The position numbers and the translations under genes were made by a program. The notes beneath the pieces are model-generated. The model saw only the letters and a program-made list of their open reading frames with translations, did no database searches and was not told the DNA's origin. A stretch of 64,000 nt of DNA from Opitutales bacterium (GTDB lineage Bacteria > Verrucomicrobiota > Verrucomicrobiia > Opitutales > UBA953), in NCBI GenBank assembly GCA_044350605.1, contig JBILHF010000003.1, positions 3,401-67,400 on the forward strand, written 5' to 3'. Below are positions 1 through 8,801 of the stretch, piece after piece (position 1 is the first letter of the stretch; the number at the start of each line of letters is the position of its first letter).

Positions 1-1208
1 CCGACGGCGACGGCGGGACCGACGACTTGGGCGCCGGCGAGTTCGATGAGCAGGTCCGTGGCGAGGCGCGAAGCGAGTTCGACGCCGGCCGGATCCACGT
101 CACGGGCGAAGCGGTGGGAAGAATCGGTGGAGACGCCGATGCGGCGGGCGACGCGGCGGATCTCGCCGGGGCGGAACCAAGCGGCTTCCAGGAGGACGTC
201 GGTCGTGGACTCGGTCACGCCGGAATCGACGCCACCCATCACGCCGGCGACGACGAGCGGGCGCTGGGCGTCGGCGATGACGCAGACGCCGGTCTCGAGC
301 TTCACCTTCTTGCCGTCGAGGAGGACGATCTCTTCGCCTTCGCGGGCCGGGCGGGCTTCGATGCCCTCAGAGACTTTCTTCGCGTCGAACGCGTGGAGCG
401 GCTGGCCCAGTTCGAGCAGCACCCAGTTCGTGATATCGACCACGTTGTTGATCGGACGGAGGCCGGCGGCCTCGAGGTCGCGGCGGAGCCATTCCGGGCT
501 CGGGCCGACCTTCACGTTCTTCAGCGTGCGGAGCGTGTAGTAAGGGCAGAACTCGGAGGACGAGCGGACGAACTTCACCGCGTCAGCGGCGGAGGGCGCG
601 GCGGCGAGGCCGGCGGCCGTCTTCACCGTGAGCGGCTTGAGCGTGAGCCCCAGCGCGGCGGCGAGGTCGCGGGCGACGCCGCGGATGCCGAGGCAATCGC
701 CGCGGTTCGGGGTCACCGAGATTTCGAGCACCGTATCCGGCGCGCCGAAAAGGGAGTTGAGCGGCGTGCCGACGGCCGGCTGGCGCGGCGTCAGGATGAG
801 CAGGCCGTCCTCGCCCTTGCCGAGGCCGAGTTCTTCGGAAGAGCACATCATGCCCGCCGAGTCGACGTCGCGGAGCTTAGAGACCTTGATCTCGAAACCA
901 CCCGGCATCATCGTGCCCGGGAGCGCGACCGGCACGCGGTCTCCCGCCTTGAAGTTCTTGGCGCCGCAGACGATCTGGCGGAGCGAGCCCTCGCCCGCGT
1001 CGACCTGGCAGACACTGAGACGATCGGCCTTCGGGTGTTTCTCGAAAGATTTGATCTCGCCGACCACCACGAGGGGCAGCGGGGCGAGGCCGAAGGTCGT
1101 GACCGACTCCACCTCGAGGCCGAGCATCGGGAGGACTTCCGCGACGCGCTCAGCAGTGATGCCGGCGAGGTCGAGGTGACGGGAGAGGGCTTGGAAAGAG
1201 ACTTTCAT
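1..1208 (-). CDS. pheT: Phenylalanine--tRNA ligase beta subunit. This is the N-terminal ~402 codons; the 3' end runs off the window.
   Basis: Reverse-strand reading from ATG (1208..1206) gives MKVSFQALSRHLDLAGITAERVAEVLPMLGLEVE. It continues into a tRNA-binding OB block LPLVVVGEIKSFEKHPKADRLSVCQVDAGEGSLRQIVCGAKNF. The gene starts 4 nt after the pheS stop. It is absent from the ORF track because there is no stop inside the window. The + ORF 27..2348 is its shadow. Confidence 0.85.
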   Translation of the reverse strand, partial: MKVSFQALSRHLDLAGITAERVAEVLPMLGLEVESVTTFGLAPLPLVVVGEIKSFEKHPKADRLSVCQVDAGEGSLRQIVCGAKNFKAGDRVPVALPGTMMPGGFEIKVSKLRDVDSAGMMCSSEELGLGKGEDGLLILTPRQPAVGTPLNSLFGAPDTVLEISVTPNRGDCLGIRGVARDLAAALGLTLKPLTVKTAAGLAAAPSAADAVKFVRSSSEFCPYYTLRTLKNVKVGPSPEWLRRDLEAAGLRPINNVVDITNWVLLELGQPLHAFDAKKVSEGIEARPAREGEEIVLLDGKKVKLETGVCVIADAQRPLVVAGVMGGVDSGVTESTTDVLLEAAWFRPGEIRRVARRIGVSTDSSHRFARDVDPAGVELASRLATDLLIELAGAQVVGPAVAV

Positions 1209-1211
1209 GGC

Positions 1212-2252
1212 TTAGGCGAACTGACGCAGGAAGCGCGTGTCGTTGTTGTAGAAGTGGCGGATATCGTCGATGCCGTGGACCAGCATCGCGATGCGTTCGA
1301 GGCCGAGGCCGAAGGCGAGGCCGGACCACTCCTGCGGATCGAGACCGCAGAGTTCGAGGACCTTCGGGTCGACGAGGCCGCAGCCCATGATCTCCAGCCA
1401 GCGGTCGGAGAGACGGCCCAGGTTAGGCGAACGGAGGTCCATCTCGAAGGACGGTTCCGTGAACGGGAAGAACGACGGGCGCAGGCGGATCTCGGCGTCG
1501 GCGCCGAAGGTCTCCTTCACGAAGAAATCGAGCACCCCGCGAAGGTCGGCGAGCGTCACGTTACGATCGATCCAAAGCCCTTCGACCTGGTGGAAGTTGG
1601 CGGAGTGCGTCGCGTCGACCGCATCGCGGCGGAAGCAGCGGCCCGGGGCGACGATGCGAAAGGGCGGCTTGCGCGAGAGCATCGTGCGGACCTGCACGCT
1701 GGACGTGTGCGTGCGGAGGAGGATCGCCTCGTCGGCCTTGCGGGGCGCGTCGGCGGAGCGGAACGCCTTCGGCATGTAGAGCGTGTCCTGCATGTCGCGG
1801 GCCGGGTGATCGGCGGGCGTGTTGAGGGCGTCGAAGCAATGCCACTCCGTCTCGACCTCAGGACCGTCGGCGACGACGAAGCCCAGTTTGCGGAAGGAAG
1901 CCAGGATGCGTTCGCGGGTGCGGGAGAGCGGGTGGAGCGAGCCGGCCGGAGCGTCGGGGCTCGGGAGGGTCGGGTCGACGGACGCGCCGAGAGCGGCGGC
2001 GATCTCGGCGTTCTCGACCTTCACCAGAAGGACCGCGAGGAGTTCCTCGACGGACTTCTTCGCCTCATTGATGAGTTTGCCCACGACCGGGCGTTCTTCC
2101 TTCGAGAGGGTGGCCATCCCCTTCATCACCTGGGTCAGGGAGCCATTGGGGCCGACGACGCGCGCCTTGAAGGCTTCGAGCTCGGCGCGGGTCGCGACGG
2201 CGGAGGCTTCCTGGGTGGCGGCGGCGACGAGTTGGGCGAGCTGCTGCTGCAT
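1212..2252 (-). CDS. pheS: Phenylalanine--tRNA ligase alpha subunit
   Basis: ORF 1212..2297 carries class II aaRS motifs (HPARDMQDTLY, LLRTHTSSVQVR, GLAFGLGLERIAML). I prefer the internal ATG at 2252 (MQQQLAQLVAAAT...), which aligns with the usual PheS N-terminus and lies clear of the hairpin at 2311..2332. Confidence 0.93.
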   Translation of the reverse strand: MQQQLAQLVAAATQEASAVATRAELEAFKARVVGPNGSLTQVMKGMATLSKEERPVVGKLINEAKKSVEELLAVLLVKVENAEIAAALGASVDPTLPSPDAPAGSLHPLSRTRERILASFRKLGFVVADGPEVETEWHCFDALNTPADHPARDMQDTLYMPKAFRSADAPRKADEAILLRTHTSSVQVRTMLSRKPPFRIVAPGRCFRRDAVDATHSANFHQVEGLWIDRNVTLADLRGVLDFFVKETFGADAEIRLRPSFFPFTEPSFEMDLRSPNLGRLSDRWLEIMGCGLVDPKVLELCGLDPQEWSGLAFGLGLERIAMLVHGIDDIRHFYNNDTRFLRQFA

Positions 2253-2298
2253 GGGTTGATTTGTGCGTTGGCGGAGAAAGTCGGCAAGCGAAAGCACC

Positions 2299-2332
2299 CT
2301 GAAAACAAAGAAGCCCCGGAGGGCCGGGGCTT
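2299..2332 (-). terminator. Hairpin plus T-run between rplT and pheS, acting as an intrinsic terminator or attenuator
   Basis: On the minus strand the sequence reads AAGCCCCGG-CCCT-CCGGGGCTT followed by CTTTGTTTTC. It sits 22 nt after the rplT stop and about 50 nt before the pheS ATG. Confidence 0.55.
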
Positions 2333-2354
2333 CGTGAAAGGACGTTAAGTCGTC

Positions 2355-2711
2355 TTAGACGAGCGCGGCCTGGGCCTTCTTGACGATCGCCTCGAAAGCG
2401 GGGGCGTCATGGATGGCCAGTTCGCTCAGGTTCTTACGGTCCATCGTGATGTTGGCCTTCTTGAGGCCAGCGATCAGACGGCTGTAGGAGATGCCGAGGG
2501 GACGGCAGGCGGCGTTGAGACGCACGATCCACAGCTGACGGAAAGTCGACTTGTTCTTGCGGCGGTCGCGATAAGCGAACTTCTGCGCGCGCTGAACGGC
2601 CTCGAGGGCGTAGACGTACAGACGGGATTTGTTTCCGAAGTAGCCCTTAGCGGCTTTGATCGCGCGCTTCTTTCGGGCCTTGGTGGCCGGGCCATTGGTT
2701 GCTCTAGGCAT
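2355..2711 (-). CDS. rplT: 50S ribosomal protein L20
   Basis: The 118-aa product reads MPRATNGPATKARKKRAIKAAKGYFGNKSRLYVYALEAVQRAQKFAYRDRRKNK, a typical L20. Confidence 0.97.
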   Translation of the reverse strand: MPRATNGPATKARKKRAIKAAKGYFGNKSRLYVYALEAVQRAQKFAYRDRRKNKSTFRQLWIVRLNAACRPLGISYSRLIAGLKKANITMDRKNLSELAIHDAPAFEAIVKKAQAALV

Positions 2712-2796
2712 GTTGGTATTTGGTTTTGGTTTTGGTTAGATGGCCTCGGGGTCGCCTTAATGAACACCCGTTCGGCCAAAAATGAGGATCGCCGGC

Positions 2797-2988
2797 TTAG
2801 GCGAAAGGCATGCAGGCCAGCATCTTCTTCTCGAAGCCGTCATCGACGCGCTTGGACTTGTTGGCGCGGCGGCGCTGCTTGCGGGACTTGGAGCTGAGAA
2901 GGTGGCGGGCGTTCGGGGAACGACGCATCACTTTGCCGGTACCGGTCACCTTGAAGCGCTTGGAGACTGACTTGCGGGTCTTTTGCAT
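2797..2988 (-). CDS. rpmI: 50S ribosomal protein L35
   Basis: The last 63 codons of ORF 2797..3642 read MQKTRKSVSKRFKVTGTGKVMRRSPNARHLLSSKSRKQRR, which is L35. The gene lies directly upstream of rplT. The longer ORF extension is a GC artefact. Confidence 0.92.
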   Translation of the reverse strand: MQKTRKSVSKRFKVTGTGKVMRRSPNARHLLSSKSRKQRRRANKSKRVDDGFEKKMLACMPFA

Positions 2989-3150
2989 GGCGGAAAGGGT
3001 CGGAACAAAGGGCGTCCGGGCGGACTTGTAAAGGGGAAAGGGCCAGCGGGGAGGATAAGACCGCACTTTCCGGCCGAGGGCGGATCGGGCCGTCCGTTTG
3101 ACTTTCCCGGCCAAGCCCGCTCCCCTGCCCTGCACCCAAACCTTAAAACC

Positions 3151-3627
3151 ATGCTTTCCCTCGGAAAAAAGCCCAAACTGACCTTCAAAGTGGACGCCTT
3201 CGTGGACGGAAAGGCCGTCAACGCCGCCTTCGCCTCCCTCTTGGACGGTCCGACGATCGTCTCGGTCTACATGCGCAATAACACCTCCGCCTGCGATAAA
3301 CAGGCCGCCGAGATGGACAAAAACGAGAAAGCCATTGTCAGACAAGGGTTTAGGTTGATTGCCGTCTCCCGAGACACCTGTGCCTCCCATGCCAAGTATG
3401 CCGCCAAGCACGGCTACAAGTTCACCCTGGTCTCGGACCCGGAAGACCTCTTCTCCCAGGCCATGGACGCCATCGTCGAGAAGTCCATGTATGGTAAGAA
3501 GTATCTCGGCCCGCTCCGGGCCGCCTACCTCTTCGACGGTGACGGCAAGCTCGTCGGCGTCGTGCCCAAGGTCGAGGCCGCCGAGCATGGCAAGCAGCTG
3601 CTCGCGGCGATCGCCGCGGCGAAGTAA
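3151..3627 (+). CDS. Thioredoxin-fold peroxiredoxin-like protein (Bcp/AhpC-TSA family)
   Basis: From the internal ATG the product reads MLSLGKKPKLTFKVDAFVDGKAV...VYMRNNTSACDKQAAE...ISRDT..HAKYAAKHGYKFTLVSDPE. It has a TxxC peroxidatic-type motif, but the usual Pro of PxxxTxxC is replaced. Confidence 0.6.
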   Translation: MLSLGKKPKLTFKVDAFVDGKAVNAAFASLLDGPTIVSVYMRNNTSACDKQAAEMDKNEKAIVRQGFRLIAVSRDTCASHAKYAAKHGYKFTLVSDPEDLFSQAMDAIVEKSMYGKKYLGPLRAAYLFDGDGKLVGVVPKVEAAEHGKQLLAAIAAAK

Positions 3628-3721
3628 TCCGGCGGCGCGCACGGTGCGGCGGAGATAATCGGTGCTTGAACCATCGCCGCTAAACGGGGAGTTTATCGGC
3701 CAGACACCTCCGCAGTACCTA

Positions 3722-4390
3722 ATGCCTTCGCCCTATCGTCCTAAAAGTCCCCGCCCGAAGAACAACGCGGGACAGAACCGCGGCAACTTCCGCAAAGAAG
3801 ACAAAGGTCCGAAGCGCAACGATCGCATCCGCGCGACCGAAGTGCGCGTCATCTCGCCCAAGGGTGAGATGATGGGCATCATGCCCACGCAGCAGGCGTT
3901 GGACCTCGCCCGCGAGTTCGGCGTCGACCTCATCGAGATCGCCGCGTCGGCCGTGCCGCCCGTCTGCAAGCTGCAGGAATACGGCAAATACCTCTACGAG
4001 GAGGCCAAGAAGCACAAGCACCAGAAGTCGGCCACCAAGGTGAAGGAGATCAAGCTCCGCCCCCGCATCGACAACCATGACCTCTTCATCAAGGTCCGTC
4101 GCGCCGAGAACTTCCTCTTCCACGGCCACAAGGTGAAGCTCCTGCTCCAGTATCGCTACCGCGAGCTCGAGCACCCGGAGATCGGCATCGCCACCATCAC
4201 CAAGGCCATCGAAGCCCTGATGCATATCAGCACGCGCGACAACGAGCCCAAGCGCTCCGGCCGCGCCATCGTCGTGGGCATGACGCCCGTCCAGCAGAAC
4301 AAGCGCAAGCTCCTGCACAACGAAGCCCCGGGCGAAGAAGACGGCGAAGACGACTCCGCGGTGGACAACGACGAAGGCGACGCCGAATAA
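3722..4390 (+). CDS. infC: Translation initiation factor IF-3 (start codon uncertain)
   Basis: The product contains NDRIRATEVRVISPKGEMMGIMPTQQALDLAREFGVDLIEI...PPVCKLQEYGKYLYE...KEIKLRPRIDNHDL. The frame is open from 3662. ATG 3722 is chosen, but IF-3 genes often use non-canonical starts. The protein has a basic N-terminal extension and an acidic C-terminal tail. Confidence 0.9.
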   Translation: MPSPYRPKSPRPKNNAGQNRGNFRKEDKGPKRNDRIRATEVRVISPKGEMMGIMPTQQALDLAREFGVDLIEIAASAVPPVCKLQEYGKYLYEEAKKHKHQKSATKVKEIKLRPRIDNHDLFIKVRRAENFLFHGHKVKLLLQYRYRELEHPEIGIATITKAIEALMHISTRDNEPKRSGRAIVVGMTPVQQNKRKLLHNEAPGEEDGEDDSAVDNDEGDAE

Positions 4391-4394
4391 GCCC

Positions 4395-5366
4395 GTGCGG
4401 CGCATCGCGGCGATCCTCCTGCTCCTCGCCACCGGCGCCCTGCTCCGCGCCGCCTCGACGGATTATCTCCTCGGCGAATCCGTACGTCAGCTCGGCCTGC
4501 GCGATGGCGCCCGCCTGGGCGCCGACGCGCGTTCGTCAGAACGCTACGCCACGCGCGGCGGCATGACCCTCTACGCCGAATACAGCCGCGACTTCATCGT
4601 CGTCGACGGCATCAAGGTCATGCTCGACGACCCCGTCGGTTCGCAGCGCGGCCACCTCACGATCTCCAAGCGCGACTACGACAAGGTCTTCGTACCGCTC
4701 TTCTGGGACGGCCCGCGGACCGCGCCGCGCCGCGTGCTGCTCGACCCCGGTCACGGCGGTAAGGACACCGGCAAGGTCAACGGCGGCCTCAAGTATACCG
4801 AGAAGGCCGCCACGCTCGACACCGCCGCGCGCCTCAAGATCCTCCTCGAGAAGCAGGGCTATGAGGTCTTCTTCACGCGGACCAAGGACGTCTTTCTCGA
4901 ACTCGACGACCGTGCCGCGCTGGCGGCCAAGCTGGGCGCCGACCTCTTCATCAGCCTCCATTACAACGCTGGTCCCGCCGGCGACACCAGCGCCGATGGC
5001 GTCGAGACGTATTGCCTGACCCCGGCCGGCCAGCGCTCGACCAACGCGGGTAAGGCCAAGTCGACCACCGCCGCCGAACCCGGCAACCGTTTCGACACCG
5101 CCAACGTCCTGCTCGCCTGGAGCATCCAGCGACGGATGATCCGGTCCACCGGAGCCGATGACCGCGGCGTCCGACGGGCCCGCTTCGCGGTCCTGCGCAC
5201 CCTCTCCTGTCCCGGCGTCCTGATCGAGGGCGGCTTCATGTCGAGCCGCCGCGAAGGGGCGCTCATCGCCGACGGGGCCTATCGCCAGAAGATCGCCGAG
5301 GCCATCGCGGCGGCCGTCGGCGACTACGCCAGTCGGGTGCGCCCGGCGGCCAAAGCGGGCCGCTAA
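4395..5366 (+). CDS. N-acetylmuramoyl-L-alanine amidase (Amidase_3 family), secreted
   Basis: A signal-like N-terminus MRRIAAILLLLATGALLRA is followed by LLDPGHGGKDTG...ADLFISLHYNA...GVETYCL, typical of AmiA/B/C-type amidases. Confidence 0.85.
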   Translation: MRRIAAILLLLATGALLRAASTDYLLGESVRQLGLRDGARLGADARSSERYATRGGMTLYAEYSRDFIVVDGIKVMLDDPVGSQRGHLTISKRDYDKVFVPLFWDGPRTAPRRVLLDPGHGGKDTGKVNGGLKYTEKAATLDTAARLKILLEKQGYEVFFTRTKDVFLELDDRAALAAKLGADLFISLHYNAGPAGDTSADGVETYCLTPAGQRSTNAGKAKSTTAAEPGNRFDTANVLLAWSIQRRMIRSTGADDRGVRRARFAVLRTLSCPGVLIEGGFMSSRREGALIADGAYRQKIAEAIAAAVGDYASRVRPAAKAGR

Positions 5367-5549
5367 GGCCCCTTTCCCCTCCTTAAAGGGCCAGAATCCG
5401 CTTGCCAAGGGGCTGGGCGGACGGTTCGTTAGACCTTCCTTTCGGCCCGCCGGCATGTGTCAGCGGAATCTCCGAGGGGAAAAACCAAAAACCAACCAAA
5501 CCCTGGAAACGTCCTCCGCGACGGCCAGGACAAACAGTCCGAAAACAAC

Positions 5550-7268
5550 ATGAGCCTAATGGAAAAACTGCTCGCCGAATCGAATTTCGGCGCGCTCAAG
5601 CAACACTCCGTGATCACCGCCACGGTCACCGAAATCCGCGAAGACAAGTTCGTCGTCGTGGACATCAGCGGCAAATCCGAAGGATTCATCCCCCAGTCCG
5701 AATTCCCGGACATGGCCGAGATCCAGGTCGGCATGCAGCTCGAGGTCTACCTCGAGAAGCTTGAGAACAAGGACGGCACCCCGACCGTCTCCTACGATCG
5801 CGCCCAGCAGATCCGCAAGTGGGAGAGCATCGAAGCCAATTGCCAGGAAGGCTCCATCGTCCAGGGCCGCGTCAAGTCCATCGTCAAGGGAGGCCTCATC
5901 GTCTCCGTCGGCGTCGACGCGTTCATGCCTTCCTCCCAGATCGACGTCAACCCGCCCAAGAACCTCGAACAGTTCGTGGGCCAGACCTTCGACTTCAAGA
6001 TCATCAAGATCAACAAGGAGAAGAAGAACCTCGTCGTCTCCCGTCGCGAACTCATCGAAGAACAGCGCGGCGAAAGCCGTCGCAAGCTCCTCGAGGAGGT
6101 CAAGCCCGGCGTCGTCCGTCGCGGCGTCGTCAAGAACATCACCGACTACGGCGCGTTCGTGGACCTCGACGGTCTCGACGGCCTGCTGCACGTGACCGAC
6201 ATGTCCTGGGGCCGCATCGGCCACCCGAGCGAAGTCGTCAAGGTCGGCGAAGAAATCACCGTCATGGTCGTCGAAGTCGACCGCGAGCGCGAACGCGTCT
6301 CCCTCGGCCTCAAGCAGACCCAGCCTAACCCCTGGGAAGGCATCGAGAAGCGCTACCCCGTCGGCCAGAAGGTCCACGGCAAGGTCGTCAACCTCGTCGC
6401 CTACGGTGCGTTCATCGAGATCGAAGGCGGCGTCGAAGGCCTCGTCCACGTCTCCGAGCTCTCCTGGACCAAGCGCGTCCAGAAGCCGTCGGATATCCTC
6501 AAGGTCGGCCAGGAAGTCGATGCGGTCATCCTCAACTTCAACAAGGAAGAACAGAAGATCTCGCTCGGCATCCGCCAGCTCGAAACCAATCCGTGGGAGA
6601 AGGTCCGCCACAACTACCCGGTGGGCGCCCGCGTCCGCGGCAAGGTGCGCAACCTCACCAACTACGGCGCGTTCGTCGAGCTGGAAGACGGCATCGACGG
6701 CATGGTGCACGTGTCCGACATGAGCTGGACCCGCCGCATCAACAACCCGGCCGAAGTCATGAAGAAGGGCGACGACGTGGAAGCCATCGTGCTCGACGTC
6801 GACGTCGACCAGCAGCGCATCTCCCTGGGCGTCAAGCAGACCCAGACCGATCCGTGGTCCGAAATCGACCGCAAGTATCGCATCGGCGACCTCGTCAACG
6901 GCAAGGTCTCCAAGATCGCGAACTTCGGCGCCTTCATCGAGCTCTCCGACGAGATCGACGGCCTCGTGCACGTCTCCCAGCTCGCCGAACAGCGCGTCGA
7001 GAACGTCAAGGACGTCGTCAAGGTCGGCCAGGACGTCACCGCCCGCGTCATCAAGATCGACAAGGAAGACCGTCGCATCGGTCTCTCGATCAAGGCCGCG
7101 AACTACGACGCCGAGCGCCTGCAGGCCGAAATCACCAGCTACGACCGCATCAAGGGCCCGTCGACCGGCGGCGCCCCGGCCCCCTCGGCCGGCGGTTCGT
7201 CCTCCTCGTCGTCGGGCAGCGGAGACTTCAACAGTCTCGGCGACCTCCTCGACAAGGCCGGCAACTAA
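5550..7268 (+). CDS. rpsA: 30S ribosomal protein S1 (six S1 domains)
   Basis: S1 OB-fold units recur throughout (GxVxxITDYGAFVDL..GLLHVSDMSW and similar). I prefer the start at ATG 5550 (MSLMEKLL). The 31-codon upstream extension overlaps the C/A-rich leader. Confidence 0.95.
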   Translation: MSLMEKLLAESNFGALKQHSVITATVTEIREDKFVVVDISGKSEGFIPQSEFPDMAEIQVGMQLEVYLEKLENKDGTPTVSYDRAQQIRKWESIEANCQEGSIVQGRVKSIVKGGLIVSVGVDAFMPSSQIDVNPPKNLEQFVGQTFDFKIIKINKEKKNLVVSRRELIEEQRGESRRKLLEEVKPGVVRRGVVKNITDYGAFVDLDGLDGLLHVTDMSWGRIGHPSEVVKVGEEITVMVVEVDRERERVSLGLKQTQPNPWEGIEKRYPVGQKVHGKVVNLVAYGAFIEIEGGVEGLVHVSELSWTKRVQKPSDILKVGQEVDAVILNFNKEEQKISLGIRQLETNPWEKVRHNYPVGARVRGKVRNLTNYGAFVELEDGIDGMVHVSDMSWTRRINNPAEVMKKGDDVEAIVLDVDVDQQRISLGVKQTQTDPWSEIDRKYRIGDLVNGKVSKIANFGAFIELSDEIDGLVHVSQLAEQRVENVKDVVKVGQDVTARVIKIDKEDRRIGLSIKAANYDAERLQAEITSYDRIKGPSTGGAPAPSAGGSSSSSSGSGDFNSLGDLLDKAGN

Positions 7269-7292
7269 GCCTCGTCCGCCAGGACCCAGAAC

Positions 7293-7320
7293 AGACCCCG
7301 GGCAACCGGGGTCTTTTTTT
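7293..7320 (+). terminator. Rho-independent terminator after rpsA
   Basis: The sequence is AGACCCCGG-GCAA-CCGGGGTCT followed by TTTTTTT, 25 nt after the rpsA stop. Confidence 0.85.
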
Positions 7321-7355
7321 GTGCCCATGGCCCGGGGAGCGGCTACGTTCAGGGC

Positions 7356-8801
7356 ATGGTCCCGTTCAAAGGATACGGCCGGCTGACCCGCAGCACGACG
7401 CTCGCGCTGGCGGCCGCGGCCGTGGTCCTCGGGGCCGAGGCCGCGGGGCTCGTCCCGCCGGACCTGACGGTGGCTATCGCCGTCGGGTGCAAGGTCTACG
7501 TGCTGCTGCGCGTCCTGCGCGCCCGCATCTCGCCGGCCTACCTGCTGCTCTGGGGGCCGCTCGCCTGGTTCTTCCCCGTGCCCACGGCGCTGCTGCTCTT
7601 CGTCTTCGGCGGGCGCAAACACGTCGCGCTCGCCGCCGCCAAGAAGGAGGTCAACCGCGTGGCCTGGCGTCTGTGCGATGCGCCCGACTTCGGCGGCAAC
7701 CGCTTCCGCCTGCTCGGCGACCGACACGGCCGCGACACGCTCGAAGCCCTGCGCGCGCAGATCCGCGGGGCGCGCCGTCGCATCAGCATCGCGACTTACA
7801 TCCTGAGCGACGACGCCGTCGGCCGTGAACTGATCCGGCTGCTCGCCGAGCGCGCGCGGGCGGGCGTGGAGGTGCGGCTGCTCGTGGACGCCATCGGCAG
7901 CTTCGGCATCCCTCTCCGCCTCTGCCGGCCGCTCGTCCGCGCCGGCGGCGAGGTCGCCCGCTTCAACCCTGCCCTCCCCATGTGCGGCAAGGGTTCGGCC
8001 AACTGGCGTAACCACCGCAAGATCGCCGTCTTCGACGGACACGCGGCCATCATCGGCGGACAGAACCTCGGTCTGCGCTACATGGGCGAGACGCCATCGA
8101 ATCGGCGCTTCCGCGACTGCTCCTTCCTCATCGAAGGCCCGACCGCCGCGACCCTTGAAAGCGTCTTCGTCGCGGATTGGTGCCAGGCCACCGACGAGAA
8201 TCCGATGAAGTTCGCGGCCGCGCTGCGCGAACGCTCGCCGCACCTCGGCCAGGCGCGCGTGGAGGTCATCGCCTCGGGCCCGGACTGCGAGCAAGACCCG
8301 CTCTGGGACACCTATGTGAAGCTGTTCTCCGAGTGCCGGGAATCCATCACGGTCGTCACGCCCTATTTCGTCCCGGACCAGACGTTGTTCACGCTGCTGG
8401 CGACCGCGGCCCGCGCCGGCCGCCATGTGAAGATCATGGTCCCGCGCCGCTCCGACCATCGGCTCCTCGATTTCGCCCGCCGCTGGTACCTGCGCAAACT
8501 GAAGGAGGCGGGCGCCGAGATCCTTTTCTTCAAGCCGGACGTCCTCCATGCCAAGCTCGTGGTGGTCGACGGCGAACATCTCGTGGTCGGTTCGGCCAAC
8601 CTCGACATGCGCTCACTGTTCCTGAACTACGAGATCGGAGCGGTCGTACGCGACCCCGCCGCGATCGCCGAGGTCAGCACGCTCATCGCCGGCTGGGAAC
8701 AGGAGTCCACGCGCTATACCGAGGACCTCTACCGACGTAGCCGGACATGGCTCGGCCGGACCGTCGAGAATATCTCCCACGTGATCGCGCCGCTGCTCTG
8801 A
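7356..8801 (+). CDS. cls: Cardiolipin synthase (phospholipase D superfamily)
   Basis: N-terminal TM helices are followed by two HKD motifs: NHRKIAVFDG..IIGGQN and LHAKLVVVDGEHLVVGSANLDMRS. Confidence 0.88.
   Translation: MVPFKGYGRLTRSTTLALAAAAVVLGAEAAGLVPPDLTVAIAVGCKVYVLLRVLRARISPAYLLLWGPLAWFFPVPTALLLFVFGGRKHVALAAAKKEVNRVAWRLCDAPDFGGNRFRLLGDRHGRDTLEALRAQIRGARRRISIATYILSDDAVGRELIRLLAERARAGVEVRLLVDAIGSFGIPLRLCRPLVRAGGEVARFNPALPMCGKGSANWRNHRKIAVFDGHAAIIGGQNLGLRYMGETPSNRRFRDCSFLIEGPTAATLESVFVADWCQATDENPMKFAAALRERSPHLGQARVEVIASGPDCEQDPLWDTYVKLFSECRESITVVTPYFVPDQTLFTLLATAARAGRHVKIMVPRRSDHRLLDFARRWYLRKLKEAGAEILFFKPDVLHAKLVVVDGEHLVVGSANLDMRSLFLNYEIGAVVRDPAAIAEVSTLIAGWEQESTRYTEDLYRRSRTWLGRTVENISHVIAPLL

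Noticed and set aside
2253-2297. The 15-codon in-frame extension MLSLADFLRQRTNQP upstream of pheS, considered as a pheM-like attenuation leader peptide.
   Set aside because: It has only one Phe codon and is in frame and contiguous with pheS rather than a separate mini-ORF. It is most simply an over-extended ORF call. The nearby hairpin is reported separately.
27-2348. A 773-aa + strand ORF covering the first 2.3 kb.
   Set aside because: It lies antisense to clearly recognisable pheT and pheS. Its Arg/Ala/Gly/Asp/Glu/His-rich low-complexity translation is typical of stop-free shadow frames in high-GC DNA.
5550-7268. Periodic ~250-nt similarity inside rpsA, considered as DNA repeats.
   Set aside because: It reflects the six S1 OB-fold domains of the protein. 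The similarity is at protein-motif level only and is expected for this gene.
5556-8579. A 1007-aa minus-strand ORF, the longest such ORF in the window.
   Set aside because: It runs antisense across rpsA, its terminator and cls. It has no recognisable motifs and a shadow-frame composition. Both sense genes are unambiguous.
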